From Myxococcota bacterium (GTDB taxonomy: Bacteria; Myxococcota_A; Polyangia; Nannocystales; Nannocystaceae): a DNA stretch of 64,000 nucleotides. Location of the stretch: NCBI GenBank assembly GCA_039194325.1, contig JBCCWC010000013.1, positions 61,559 through 125,558 of the forward strand, read 5' to 3'. Positions 30,542-41,074 of the stretch are shown here, one piece after another. A model generated the notes under the pieces. That model saw only the letters and a list, made by a program, of their open reading frames with translations, did not search any database and was not told where the DNA came from. How positions within the stretch are numbered: the first letter of the stretch is position 1; each line of letters opens with the position of its first letter. The translations under genes and the position numbers were made by a program.

Positions 30542-31552
30542 ATGAAGATCGTGCTCGCGGGTGGCCGCGGCCAGGTAGGCCGCCACCTCATCCGTCATTT
30601 CACCGCCGCCGGCCACGAGGTCGTTGTGCTCTCGCGGGATCAACCGCCCCCAGGTGACTCGACCCAACGTCGCTGGAGCGGAAGCCGGCTGGGTCCTTGG
30701 GCCGCTGTCCTCGACGGAGCCGACGTACTCGTCAACCTCGCCGGTCGCAGCGTCAACTGCCGCTACGACGCCCGCAACCGGGCGGAGATCTACGCGTCGC
30801 GCCTGCACAGCACCCGCGCGCTGGGGCAGGCCGTAGCCATGGCGGCGCAACCCCCTCGCGTGTGGCTCAACGCCAGCACGGCCACGATCTACCGCGACGC
30901 CCGAGACCGGGCCCAAGACGAGCGGGACGGCGAGATCTGGCGAGGCGACGAGCCCGGGATCCCCGACGCGTGGCACTTCAGCGTAGACGTGGCCCGCCAA
31001 TGGGAAGCCGAGCTCGCCCGCGCCCCCACCCCGGCCACTCGCAAGGTGGCGCTCCGCGCCGCGATGGTGATGGAGCCCGAGGACGGGGGCGTGTTCGCGG
31101 TGCTCGGCTCGCTGGTACGCCGGGGCCTGGGCGGCACGCAGGGTGACGGCGGCCAGTATGTCTCGTGGATCCACATCGACGACTTCATGCGGGCCATCGA
31201 TCTCGTCATCGAGCGGGACGGCCTCGAGGGGCCCATCAACCTCGCCGCCCCCAAGCCGCTTCCCAACCGCGAGTTCATGCGAGCGCTTCGCCAGGCTTGG
31301 GGGTGCCCGGTGGGCCTGCCCACCTCGCGCTGGATGCTCGAGCTGGGCGCCTGGGCCATGCGCACCGAGACCGAGCTTGTCCTCAAGAGCCGCTGGGTGG
31401 TGCCCACCCGGCTGCTCGAGGCTGGCTTCTCGTTTCGGCACCCGAGCTGGCCGGAGGCGGCGACCGATCTGGTGACCCGCGTGCGCGATCGAGCTCGCGC
31501 CCGAGCTCGCCTCCTCCACGCGGTGCCCAGTTGGGCCCGGGCTCGAACATAG
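30542..31552 (+). CDS. TIGR01777/YfcH-like NAD-dependent epimerase
   Basis: GGRGQVG, LVNLAG, GDGGQYVSWIHIDD, LVLKSRWVVPTRLLEAGFSF. Confidence 0.88.
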   Translation: MKIVLAGGRGQVGRHLIRHFTAAGHEVVVLSRDQPPPGDSTQRRWSGSRLGPWAAVLDGADVLVNLAGRSVNCRYDARNRAEIYASRLHSTRALGQAVAMAAQPPRVWLNASTATIYRDARDRAQDERDGEIWRGDEPGIPDAWHFSVDVARQWEAELARAPTPATRKVALRAAMVMEPEDGGVFAVLGSLVRRGLGGTQGDGGQYVSWIHIDDFMRAIDLVIERDGLEGPINLAAPKPLPNREFMRALRQAWGCPVGLPTSRWMLELGAWAMRTETELVLKSRWVVPTRLLEAGFSFRHPSWPEAATDLVTRVRDRARARARLLHAVPSWARART

Positions 31553-31690
31553 AAGCTCCGGCCGGGCTTGCTGGCTGTACTCCGTGCGAGCCGGCAGCCC
31601 TCCCGATACTTTCGTGGTTTCGGGCACTTGAGACCCGGAGCCCACGGCGAGCCCGGGGCAGGCGCGGGGTTGGTAACGTGGGCAACCGCC

Positions 31691-32542
31691 ATGTTCTCGG
31701 TCATCGTCCCCGCCTACAACGAAGCCGCCGTCATCGACCGCTGCCTGTCGGCCATGCTCACCGACGCCCGACCCGGTGAGCTGGAGATCATCGTGGTGGC
31801 CAACAACTGCTCGGACGACACCGCCCAGCGAGCCCGGAGCCACGGCGAGATGGTCAAGGTCGTCGAGACCCCGGTCGGCTCCAAGATCAACGCGCTCAAC
31901 CTCGGCGACGACGCGGCCACCGGCTGGCCGCGCCTCTACGTCGACGCGGACATCGTGGTGAGCACCGAGGCGCTGCGCGACGTGGCCTCGATGCTGGGCG
32001 AGGGCTCACCCATCGTCGTGGCCGCCCCCACCGCGGTGGTCGACTACTCCGATCGCTCCGGGCTGGTCCAGGCCTTCTACAAGGTGTGGACCCAGCTGCC
32101 CTACTTCACCGAGGGGGTGATCGGCGCCGGGTTCTACGGCTTTTCCAAGAAGGGCCGCGAGCGCTTCGGTCGCTGGCCCGACATCATCGCCGACGACGAG
32201 TACGCTCGCCTGACCGCGGCCCCCGACGAGCGCGCCGTCACCCCGAATCATACGTTCACCATCACCCCGCCCACCCAGCTGCGCATGGTGGCCAAGATCC
32301 AGACCCGGGCTCGCGCCGGCATGTACCAGCTGCACGAGAAGTTCCCCGAGCTGCGCCGCAACGAGACGACCAATCCGGCGCGCACGCTCCGGGTGATCGC
32401 CGGTCGCCCCGACCTGTGGCTTCATGCCCCGATCTACTTGGGGGTCATGAGCTACGCAAAGATGATGGCCCACCGCAAGCTGCGCAAGGGTCAGCAGCGG
32501 GTCTGGGAGCGCGACGAAACGGCCCGCGCGGCCGCGGGCTGA
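31691..32542 (+). CDS. Glycosyltransferase family 2
   Basis: SVIVPAYNE, NNCSDDT, YVDAD, IADD. Confidence 0.88.
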   Translation: MFSVIVPAYNEAAVIDRCLSAMLTDARPGELEIIVVANNCSDDTAQRARSHGEMVKVVETPVGSKINALNLGDDAATGWPRLYVDADIVVSTEALRDVASMLGEGSPIVVAAPTAVVDYSDRSGLVQAFYKVWTQLPYFTEGVIGAGFYGFSKKGRERFGRWPDIIADDEYARLTAAPDERAVTPNHTFTITPPTQLRMVAKIQTRARAGMYQLHEKFPELRRNETTNPARTLRVIAGRPDLWLHAPIYLGVMSYAKMMAHRKLRKGQQRVWERDETARAAAG

Positions 32543-32819
32543 CGACCTCTGCTCACGTCGAACGACGGGATCCGAACGCGATCCGTCCGGCGGCATTGAC
32601 CGGACCGATCGCCCATATGTGGTCGCTCGAGGGCATCGGAGGCACGCCTTGAAGCGCTGCCGGTCGACGACTCGTCGATGACCCGAAGTCGGCGAGCGAT
32701 CTCGAACAATCCCTGGCGCTCGGCGGTCGCTCCGGGGGCGAGCGTCACGGGCATCGTGCCATCGTCGTATCAATTGTCGCATCCATCGTTGTATCCATTA
32801 TGTGGTACGCTGAAATTCA

Positions 32820-33944
32820 GTGGGGTCGAGTCGCGGTTGGTGGCCAATCGGGGGATGGGCCATTGCACTTTTGATGACGGTCGTGCCGAGCGCGGCGCCC
32901 GGTTGTACCGCCAACGTGTTCTCGTGCGGCTCGGATGCCGATTGCGGCTCCGACGGGGTCTGCGAGGCGACCAGCTACTGCAGCTTCCCCGACAGCTCGT
33001 GCAACTCCGACCGCCGCTACAGCACCTTGGCCGGCGATGGCCTGGCGGGTACCTGCGTGCAAGGGCCGGTGTCGGTCGGCAGCGCGAGTTCGAGCGCCGA
33101 GTCCAGCGGCTCCCCGCCTCCGCCTCCCCCCTCGCCGGGGACCACCACGCTCGACGGCGGGGTCTTCACCGGCACCGACCCCGTCGATGCCTCGGACGAC
33201 ACCAACACCGCCGACACGTCGAGTAGCTCCGGGATCCCTCCGACCACCGGCACCGCGGTCGAGCGGGTGTTCGAGGGCTTGCTCGTGCTCTACGAGTTCG
33301 ACGAGGGCGCCGGCACCAGCGTCATGGACGTCAGCGGGGAGGGCACGCCGCTACACCTGGAGATCCAGGGAAGCGGCTACTCGTGGGTGGACGACGGCCT
33401 CCAGGTCGAAGACGCGATCGTGCGCTCGGAGGTCCCGGCCACCAAGGTCATCGAGGGCTGCCAGGCGACCAACGAGCTGACCGTAGAGGCCTGGATCACC
33501 CCGCTGGCCGCCGACATGGAGGGTCCCGCACGCATCGTCACGCTCTCGGCAAGCTCTGGTGACCGCAACTTCACGCTGGGTCAAGGCATGTTCGAGATGC
33601 CGAGCTCGATCTTCGCCGCTCGCCTACGCACCAGTGACGACAGCGGGTCGAACAACGGCATCCCCCAGCTCGACACGCCGCCCCTGGCCGCCCCTGTCGC
33701 GACTCACGTGCTCTACGTGCGAAGTAGCGCCGAGGGTACCGACCAGATCTTCGTCGACGGTCAGCCCGAGGCGCAAGGGGTGCGCACCGGCGATTTCTCG
33801 GGCTGGGACCCTCGCTACGCGCTAGCCTGCGGTGACGAGCTCACTCGCGATCGCCCGTGGCAGGGAATCCTCCACCTCGTGGCCGTGTACGATCGCGCCC
33901 TGACCCACGACGAGATCATCCAAAACTTCGACGCCAGGTTTTGA
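32820..33944 (+). CDS. Cys-rich lipoprotein with LamG-like domain
   Basis: N-terminal Cys module; LYEFDEGAG...LTVEAWI...VAVYDRALT. Confidence 0.8.
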   Translation: MGSSRGWWPIGGWAIALLMTVVPSAAPGCTANVFSCGSDADCGSDGVCEATSYCSFPDSSCNSDRRYSTLAGDGLAGTCVQGPVSVGSASSSAESSGSPPPPPPSPGTTTLDGGVFTGTDPVDASDDTNTADTSSSSGIPPTTGTAVERVFEGLLVLYEFDEGAGTSVMDVSGEGTPLHLEIQGSGYSWVDDGLQVEDAIVRSEVPATKVIEGCQATNELTVEAWITPLAADMEGPARIVTLSASSGDRNFTLGQGMFEMPSSIFAARLRTSDDSGSNNGIPQLDTPPLAAPVATHVLYVRSSAEGTDQIFVDGQPEAQGVRTGDFSGWDPRYALACGDELTRDRPWQGILHLVAVYDRALTHDEIIQNFDARF

Positions 33945-34159
33945 CACTGAAGTGATGGCGACCACGGCGTGCGCATCGGCTCACCGGCTCACCGGTGGCC
34001 TCCCCTCGGGAGCATGCTGCGCCGCTCGAGCTCGCTATCATGGAGGCCCTTAGCATGTGCGCCCAGACACATCTTTCATTCGGTGTTCGTTCGACACGAG
34101 CGCATGGTTAGCCCCCGTGGTAACGAAGGGATTGGTAGCCTCGCACCATAAATCGGAGA

Positions 34160-36160
34160 ATGGATCATCCCATGCGCAAGCCCCCCGCTTTTTCCTCGCG
34201 AACGATGTTCTGGCTGCTCGGTTCGGCCGGTACCGCCCTCGTCGCATCACCGGCTCATGCGCTCGATCCTTTCACTGACGGCAGCAGTCTGCTCAACAAT
34301 CCCACCCTCACCTCTGGCGTAGCGATCGGCGTCACCGACATGAACGGTGACGGCCTCGACGACATCGTCCGGCTCGACGACGCCGAGATCGTCGAGATCG
34401 AGTATCAGCTGCCCGACGGCAGCTTCGATCACTACGTGTTCGGCGATCTACCGGGCAGCCAGTGGGGCATGGCCCTGGGCGACGTGGATCGCAACGGCTA
34501 CGTCGACATCTTCACCAGCGGCGCCTACAACGGGCACAAGCTTCTGCGGGCCAACGACGCGGGGAACGACTTCGATCTGACCGTGATGATGCAGCCCGAG
34601 CTGTTTACGCAGTGCGTCAACTTTGCCGACATCGACAACAACGGCACGCTCGACCTGTTCGTCTGTCACGACGACGGGCTCTCGGCGCCCATGAACAACG
34701 ACGGCACCGGGGAGTTCACCTACGATCTTGGGCTCATCAACACGGAGTCCACGGTCCCCTCGGACAACTCGGGCAACTACGGCTCGGTGTGGACCGACTA
34801 CGACAGCGACGGCGATCTAGACCTCTATATCGCCAAGTGCCGCCTGTTCGTCGCCGACCCGATGGACGGCCGCCGGCTCAACCTGCTGTTCGAGAACGAC
34901 GGCAACGGCAACTACACCGACGTGGCCGAGCAGGTGGGCCTGCGGCCCGGGGCCCAGTCGTGGTCGATGGATTTCGGCGACATCGACAACGACGGAGACA
35001 TGGACGCGTTCTTGCTCAACCACGACATGTTGAGCCAGCTGTACATCAACCAGGGGCCCGGCGAGGCGCAGGGCACGTTCGTCGACGCTACCGCCGACTC
35101 GGGCATGACCGACGATCTGGCCGCCATCGGCCTGGGCATCCAGGCGTACTTCGAGGATTTCGACAACGACACCTTCCTCGACCTGCTGGTCACCGGTCGC
35201 GACGGCGAGCACCGGCTGTTCATGAACAACGGCGACCACACCTTCACCGCCCAGGTCGATCCCTTCCCCACCGACGGCTTGGGGGTTCAGAGCGCGGCGG
35301 TGGGCGACCTCAACGCCGACGGCTTCCGCGACGTGATGGCCGGCTTCGCGACCGGCTTCAACAACCCCAGCAGCTCCAACGCCGACCGGCTGTTCATCAA
35401 CCCCGGCAACGACAACAACTGGCTCGATGTGCAGCTGACCGGCGTCGCCAGCAACATCGGCGGGGTCGGGGCCCGCATCGAGCTACACGGAGCGTGGGGG
35501 GTGATGGTCCGCGAGGTTCGGGCCGGCGAGGGCTACGGGATCCACAACTCGCTCATCCGACACTTCGGGCTGGGCGCGACCGACACGATCGACAGCGTGG
35601 TGGTGCGGTGGCCCTCGGGTCAGGTCGACTCGGTCGACAACCCGGCGGTGCTCAACGAGACCGTCCACATCACCGAGGGTTGTCCCGACACCTGGTACAG
35701 CGACACCGACGGCGACGGCTATGGCGACGCGGACCAGACCACCACAGCGTGCCTGCCGCCGGTCGGCTACGTGGGCGACGACACCGATTGCGACGATGCC
35801 GACGGGGCCAACTTCCCCAATAACGCCGAGATCTGCGACGGCCAAGACAACAACTGCGATGGCCAGGCCGACGAGGGGCTCGACGATTGCGTGCCCGATC
35901 CCGGCGGCTCCGAGTCTACCGAAGGAGACGATCCGACCGGCGTGCCGACGAGCTCCGGGTCGGGCACCAGCAATGAGCCCGGAACCTCAGCTGAGGGCAG
36001 CAGCACCGGGGGCGACGCCGGGGCCAACGACAGCGGCAGCGGTGGTGGCTGCCGTGTATCGGGCTCCGGCTCCGGCTCCGGCTCCGGCGCGGCGTTCGGG
36101 TTGATGGCCTTCGGGTTGTTGATGGGTGCACGCCGCCGCCGGGGTGCACGCGGAGGCTGA
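34160..36160 (+). CDS. FG-GAP/ASPIC-UnbV protein with Cys/Asp metal-binding repeat and MYXO-CTERM-like tail
   Basis: DxNxDGxxD repeats, HFGLG...VRWPSG, DCDDAD...EICDGQDNNCDG, terminal GC...GARRRR. Confidence 0.85.
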   Translation: MDHPMRKPPAFSSRTMFWLLGSAGTALVASPAHALDPFTDGSSLLNNPTLTSGVAIGVTDMNGDGLDDIVRLDDAEIVEIEYQLPDGSFDHYVFGDLPGSQWGMALGDVDRNGYVDIFTSGAYNGHKLLRANDAGNDFDLTVMMQPELFTQCVNFADIDNNGTLDLFVCHDDGLSAPMNNDGTGEFTYDLGLINTESTVPSDNSGNYGSVWTDYDSDGDLDLYIAKCRLFVADPMDGRRLNLLFENDGNGNYTDVAEQVGLRPGAQSWSMDFGDIDNDGDMDAFLLNHDMLSQLYINQGPGEAQGTFVDATADSGMTDDLAAIGLGIQAYFEDFDNDTFLDLLVTGRDGEHRLFMNNGDHTFTAQVDPFPTDGLGVQSAAVGDLNADGFRDVMAGFATGFNNPSSSNADRLFINPGNDNNWLDVQLTGVASNIGGVGARIELHGAWGVMVREVRAGEGYGIHNSLIRHFGLGATDTIDSVVVRWPSGQVDSVDNPAVLNETVHITEGCPDTWYSDTDGDGYGDADQTTTACLPPVGYVGDDTDCDDADGANFPNNAEICDGQDNNCDGQADEGLDDCVPDPGGSESTEGDDPTGVPTSSGSGTSNEPGTSAEGSSTGGDAGANDSGSGGGCRVSGSGSGSGSGAAFGLMAFGLLMGARRRRGARGG

Positions 36161-36219
36161 AGTCGACGGTCGAGGCTGGAACCCGGGCTCATCACCAACA
36201 CCGGACCTAAGGTCGTTCC

Positions 36220-38115
36220 TTGTCACGCTCCTCCTATGCCCACGCGCTCCGGCCTTGGCTCCGGCCCCTGGTGATCGGTGGCGCCTGCGTGCTGCTGCCG
36301 GGGCGCTCGACCGCTGCACCCACGCAGCCCGGCGAGCTGGTCAACCCGATCTTCGCCCCGCACACCTGCGAGCTGTGCCACGGCAACGAGAACGCGCTCA
36401 TCCACGACGATGACCCGGACTACTCGGCGATGCGCTCGTGGCAGGGCTCGATGATGGCCAACAGCGCCCGCGACCCGGTGTTCTGGGCCGGCGTGGCGGT
36501 CGCCGACGCCGATCAACCGGGGGGCACCGAGCTGTGCGTTCGTTGTCACGCGCCCCGGGCCTTCCTCGATGGGCACGGCTCGGTGACCCGATTCGAAGAT
36601 CTCTTGCCCGAAGAGCAAGAGGGGATCGAGTGCGCCTTTTGTCACCGCACCGTGGAGGACGCCGAGGCCTCGCCCGGCAACGCCCAGTACACCATCGACG
36701 ACGTGCTGGTCGACGGGATCAACGTGGCTCGGCGCGGCCCCTGGGACTACACCGACGGCGTCCCCGAGCCGCCCCACACCTACTTGTTCGACACCTACCT
36801 GGGCACCTCGCGCTTTTGCGGCACGTGCCACGACGTGACCACCGAGGCCGAGCGAGTCGACGACAGCGGCGTGGGCCTGGGCGTGAGCTTCAACGAACAG
36901 CGCACCTACAGCGAGTGGCTGGGTAGCGCCTATGCCACCCCGGGCCCGGACTTTCGCAGCTGCCAGGATTGTCACATGCCCGCGGTGGCCGACAAGCCGG
37001 GGTGCACCGAGTATCTCAACCAGCACAGCCACCCCACCGGAGGTGTTCGCCACGACCTGGTCGGCGCCAACCGGTTCATGGTGGAGCTGATCCGCGACCA
37101 ATACGGCTCGGCGGGGGCCAACCTCATCGCCGATTTCTACTTCGACAACACGATCGAGGCGATCGACGCCTTCTTGCCCTCGTCGGCCACGCTCGAGGTG
37201 GAGGCACCGCAAGACGTCGATCTCACCGAAGGCCTGTCGGCGCTCGCGGTCACCGTGACCAACAACACCGGGCACAAGCTCCCCACCGGCTACTCCGAGG
37301 GTCGGGTGATGTGGATCGAGGTGATCGCCGAGTACGACGGGCAGGTCGTCTATAGCTCGGGCGCCTGGGATCAACAGGGCGGCCTCCAACGCGACGATCA
37401 GCTGCGTACCTACGAGGGGCACGCCGAGCGCTGGTCCGACGGCACCATCTTTCACCTGCTGCTCAACGACCACTGGGTGGAGGACACCCGTATTCCGCCG
37501 CGGGGCCTGACTCCCAACCTGGAGACCGATCCGGTGGGAGGCCGCTACACGCTGCTACCTGACGGTACCTGGCCCCACTACGATCGTCACCGCTATGATT
37601 TCCCGGCGGCGCCCGAGATTGCCGACGCGACCCCGGACAGCACCGAAGACGACGCGCTGCGGGTAACGGTGCGACTGCGCTATCTCATCAACACTCCGGA
37701 GTACATCGACTTTCTGGGCGCGGAGGCTGGCGACGCGGGCTCCCACGTGGCGACCCTGTTCGATCTGGCTGGGGGTGCCCCGCCGTTGGTCCTCACCGAA
37801 CAGACGGTGGCGATTCCGATCGTGGGCTTTGGTGCCACCGCAACCTCCGGAGCCGACACCACCACCACCACCGGTGACGGTGAGTCGACCACCACCGGCC
37901 CGGCGTCCACCACCGCGGAGACGACCGGGCCGGGCGTGCCTCCGGTCGGAACGGCCGGGTCGACCACAACCAGCGGCTCGGAGGGCAGCAGCGGTGGTGC
38001 TCTGGCCGACGACAGCGGCGCAGGGGGTTGTACGTGTCGTGGCGGCGCGCCGACCCCCGCGGGCCTCGTGTGGCTGCCCTGGCTGCTGCTGGGCCTCCGT
38101 CGCCGTCGCACATGA
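36220..38115 (+). CDS. Secreted pentaheme cytochrome c with MYXO-CTERM-like tail
   Basis: Five CxxCH motifs (CELCH, CVRCH, CAFCH, CGTCH, CQDCH), GHKLPTG, terminal GCTC...WLLLGLRRRR. Confidence 0.85.
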   Translation: MSRSSYAHALRPWLRPLVIGGACVLLPGRSTAAPTQPGELVNPIFAPHTCELCHGNENALIHDDDPDYSAMRSWQGSMMANSARDPVFWAGVAVADADQPGGTELCVRCHAPRAFLDGHGSVTRFEDLLPEEQEGIECAFCHRTVEDAEASPGNAQYTIDDVLVDGINVARRGPWDYTDGVPEPPHTYLFDTYLGTSRFCGTCHDVTTEAERVDDSGVGLGVSFNEQRTYSEWLGSAYATPGPDFRSCQDCHMPAVADKPGCTEYLNQHSHPTGGVRHDLVGANRFMVELIRDQYGSAGANLIADFYFDNTIEAIDAFLPSSATLEVEAPQDVDLTEGLSALAVTVTNNTGHKLPTGYSEGRVMWIEVIAEYDGQVVYSSGAWDQQGGLQRDDQLRTYEGHAERWSDGTIFHLLLNDHWVEDTRIPPRGLTPNLETDPVGGRYTLLPDGTWPHYDRHRYDFPAAPEIADATPDSTEDDALRVTVRLRYLINTPEYIDFLGAEAGDAGSHVATLFDLAGGAPPLVLTEQTVAIPIVGFGATATSGADTTTTTGDGESTTTGPASTTAETTGPGVPPVGTAGSTTTSGSEGSSGGALADDSGAGGCTCRGGAPTPAGLVWLPWLLLGLRRRRT

Positions 38116-38175
38116 GCACCCCCGCTGGTCGCGCCGGGCTGCGGCTCGGGCACAGGTGAGCTACACATCGGGTCC

Positions 38176-39840
38176 ATGGCGGGTAGCCCCTCTCGATCGG
38201 CCACGCTCGACGCCCTCGACGAGCAGGCCTTCGATGTCTTGGTCGTGGGCGGAGGGATCAACGGAGCGGTCAGCGCGGCCGCGCTGGCGGCTCACGGAGC
38301 TCGGGTGGCGCTGGTCGAGCGGGGTGACTTCGCGGGCTTCACCAGCAGCCACTCCTCCAACCTCGCGTGGGGTGGGATCAAGTACATGGAGTCCTATGAG
38401 TTCGGCCTGGTGCGCAAGCTGTGCCGCAGCCGGAACGAATTGCTGCGCGCGTACCCTTCGGCCGTCCGGGAGATCCGCTTTTTCACCGTGCTCACCCGGG
38501 GCTCTCGCTTCGGCCGGATCATGCTCTACCTGGGCGCGCTGCTCTACTGGGTGATCGGGGCCTTCTTCACCCGGCCCCCCAAGCTGCTCAGCAACGCCAC
38601 GATCGCCTGCGAGGAGCCGGGCATCGACACCGCGGACACCCGGGGCGGCATCGAGTACTCCGACGCCTACATCGTCGACGGCGACGCCCACTTCGTGTTT
38701 CGCTTCGTCCGGGACGCAGTCGAGGACGGGGCGGCGGTCGCCAACTACGTCGAGTCCCTCGGATCGACCTGGGACGGCGAGGGCTGGTCGACCCGGCTGT
38801 GCGATCGCCGGAGCGGTCGCACCCTCACCGTGCGCTCACGGGTGGTGGTCAACGCTTGTGGCCCTTACGTCGAGCAGCACAACGCCAAGAGCAGCATCAA
38901 CACCCGTCATCGTCACCTCTACTCCAAGGGGGTGCACCTGGTGGTCGAGCGGATCCCCCAGGCGCCCCGGGTGCTCACCTTCTTCGCCACCGACGGGCGG
39001 CTGTTCTTCGTGCTTCCGCTGGGCCACCGGTCGAGCATCGGCACCACTGACACCCGGGTCGAGCAGCTGCCCGCGGTGGCTACCGCGGCGGATCGTGCGT
39101 TCATCCTCGACAACATCAACCAGCGCCTGGGCAAGGCGCGGCCCCTGACCGAGCGCGACATCATCGCCGAGCGCTGCGGCGTACGGCCGCTGGTGGTCGA
39201 GCGCAGCGACGACGATGGTGGCCGCGACGACGAGCGCGAGGGCGACGACTGGACCCAGCTCAGCCGCAAGCACGCCCTCGAGGTCGACGCGCCGCGGCGT
39301 CACCTGTGCATCTTTGGCGGCACGCTGACCGATTGCATCAACGTGGGCGAGGAGGTCGTCGAGGCGGTGGGCGGGCTGGGAGTGGAGCTTCAGGCCAAGG
39401 ACCGGCGCTGGTACGGGGAGGCCGACGTTTCACGTAAAGAGCGCTTCATCAAGCGGGCGCGCGGGCTTGGGCTCGGGCTCGGCGCGGTCGACCCCGACGT
39501 GGGCGAGGTGATGGCCGAGCGCTGGTGGCGGCGACACGGTCCGCGGGCCGAGGCGCTGCTCGAGGCGGTCGCCGAGGAGCCCGCGCTGGCCCAGGTGTTG
39601 ATCCCCGGCACCGGCCTCACGCACGCCGAGGCGAGGTACGCGGCTCAGCACGAGATGGTCGTGACCTTGGAGGATTTCCTGCGGCGACGGACGCTGGTCG
39701 AGCAGGTCGTGTCGGCGCAGCAGCTGCGGGCGATGCCGCAGCTGCGCGAGCTGAGCGAGATCCTCTTCGGCGAGCAGGGGCAAGAGCAGCTGGCCGCGTA
39801 TTTGGGGAGCGAAGAGCCGGTCGTGGCCTCGACGGCGTGA
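38176..39840 (+). CDS. glpD: FAD-dependent glycerol-3-phosphate dehydrogenase/oxidase
   Basis: GGGING, DFAGFTSSHSSNLAWGGIKY, KGVHL, GTTD, GVRPL, EDFLRRRT. Confidence 0.8.
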   Translation: MAGSPSRSATLDALDEQAFDVLVVGGGINGAVSAAALAAHGARVALVERGDFAGFTSSHSSNLAWGGIKYMESYEFGLVRKLCRSRNELLRAYPSAVREIRFFTVLTRGSRFGRIMLYLGALLYWVIGAFFTRPPKLLSNATIACEEPGIDTADTRGGIEYSDAYIVDGDAHFVFRFVRDAVEDGAAVANYVESLGSTWDGEGWSTRLCDRRSGRTLTVRSRVVVNACGPYVEQHNAKSSINTRHRHLYSKGVHLVVERIPQAPRVLTFFATDGRLFFVLPLGHRSSIGTTDTRVEQLPAVATAADRAFILDNINQRLGKARPLTERDIIAERCGVRPLVVERSDDDGGRDDEREGDDWTQLSRKHALEVDAPRRHLCIFGGTLTDCINVGEEVVEAVGGLGVELQAKDRRWYGEADVSRKERFIKRARGLGLGLGAVDPDVGEVMAERWWRRHGPRAEALLEAVAEEPALAQVLIPGTGLTHAEARYAAQHEMVVTLEDFLRRRTLVEQVVSAQQLRAMPQLRELSEILFGEQGQEQLAAYLGSEEPVVASTA

Positions 39841-39975
39841 GTGAGATCCGGAACACTATTCACCCGCCGATCTCTTCAATAATGCCGAAGGCGGTTGGCC
39901 ATGATCAGTCCGTCACAGTTCATCAGATGAGGCCCATGGCGCAAACGCCGAGTCTGCTTGGCGCCTAACCCAGGC

Positions 39976-40911
39976 CTATGAACCCATGGCAGCCGGGGGC
40001 GGAGAGGGGCTCCCAGAGTTTCTCCCACTGCTCGAAGCCTTTGGCACAGCAGGCGAAGCCTCGCCGCACTTGACGTGTGTCAATAAAGCGATCAACGCCG
40101 CAATAACCGTGGCACCGCCTGTGATGAGCGCCGCGAGCACGGTGGGGCTCCATCTACTGCGTGACTCGCTTGCAACCGATTTGTCGACAGAGCCCGAAGG
40201 TGATCTTGTCGGACCCGTGACAGGACCGGAATCTCGATTCGGCGGGGAACCCATTACCGGTCCAGAGTCCCGGCTCAGCGGCGTATCTGCCGCATGCACC
40301 ACCTGAGCGACGAGAAGATCTCGCAGGAGCACCTCAAGTTCTGCGAGGTCAAGAGTACCTTCCATCCAAGCTCGATCGGCCGCTTCGAGCGCGAGGTAGT
40401 ATGGCTGCTTATCCTGCGCAATCCGAGCTGGCATTGTCATTTCGCCCGGCAGATCACGGCCGAGGCGTACACACAAGACCAGGTAAGACAGGGCGCGAGC
40501 TGTGCGCCCGTTACCATCTTGAAAAGGATGAATCCAGTTCAAACGCCACATTACATAGGCAGCCAAATGAACGGCAGGCTTGTCCCAATTGTCGTTTATA
40601 TAATCACACATGTCGTCGATATGCTCGGCGACATCTTCAGGGGGCGGTGTTTTGTGGCTTGACTTGGCTATGATCATCTCACCAAGTCGAAATCGACCGG
40701 GTGCCTCGACCAGCCCGGCAACAGCTAGTCGATTCAGTTTGATCAATACCGATGGTCTTAGTCGAAAGAAGTCAGCCTGGATACCTTCGGCGATCGCTTG
40801 CTCTAACCATCGGACCTGCTCGTAGGCATTGGCAGCCTCGCGTGGAGCCCTGTCCCGCTTCGCAACGACAGGTAGTTGCCCCCCTTCTTCTCTACTTTCC
40901 CTGTCGCTCAC
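39976..40911 (-). CDS. Fic domain protein with C-terminal hydrophobic segment
   Basis: Complete Fic motif HPFQDGNGRTAR. Confidence 0.9.
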   Translation of the reverse strand: MSDRESREEGGQLPVVAKRDRAPREAANAYEQVRWLEQAIAEGIQADFFRLRPSVLIKLNRLAVAGLVEAPGRFRLGEMIIAKSSHKTPPPEDVAEHIDDMCDYINDNWDKPAVHLAAYVMWRLNWIHPFQDGNGRTARALSYLVLCVRLGRDLPGEMTMPARIAQDKQPYYLALEAADRAWMEGTLDLAELEVLLRDLLVAQVVHAADTPLSRDSGPVMGSPPNRDSGPVTGPTRSPSGSVDKSVASESRSRWSPTVLAALITGGATVIAALIALLTHVKCGEASPAVPKASSSGRNSGSPSPPPAAMGS

Positions 40912-41074
40912 GAGCAGCGTACGCTTCCGCAGCGCGGTCGATCATCTCTCGAGTTATGTGTTCATTCTCGATTTTTGCGTTGCCGTACGCGAAGCTGCGA
41001 CGTTGCGCCTCACGTTGCTCCGGCGTCATCGAAACGTCTCGGATGGTCTCTAGCGCTCGTTCAAATTTGGACAC
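40892..41074 (-). CDS. Small putative Fic antitoxin (VbhA-like)
   Basis: 60 aa, overlaps the fic start by 20 nt; SFAYGNAKIEN resembles the inhibitory (S/T)xxxE(G/N) helix. Confidence 0.6.
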   Translation of the reverse strand: MSKFERALETIRDVSMTPEQREAQRRSFAYGNAKIENEHITREMIDRAAEAYAARERQGK

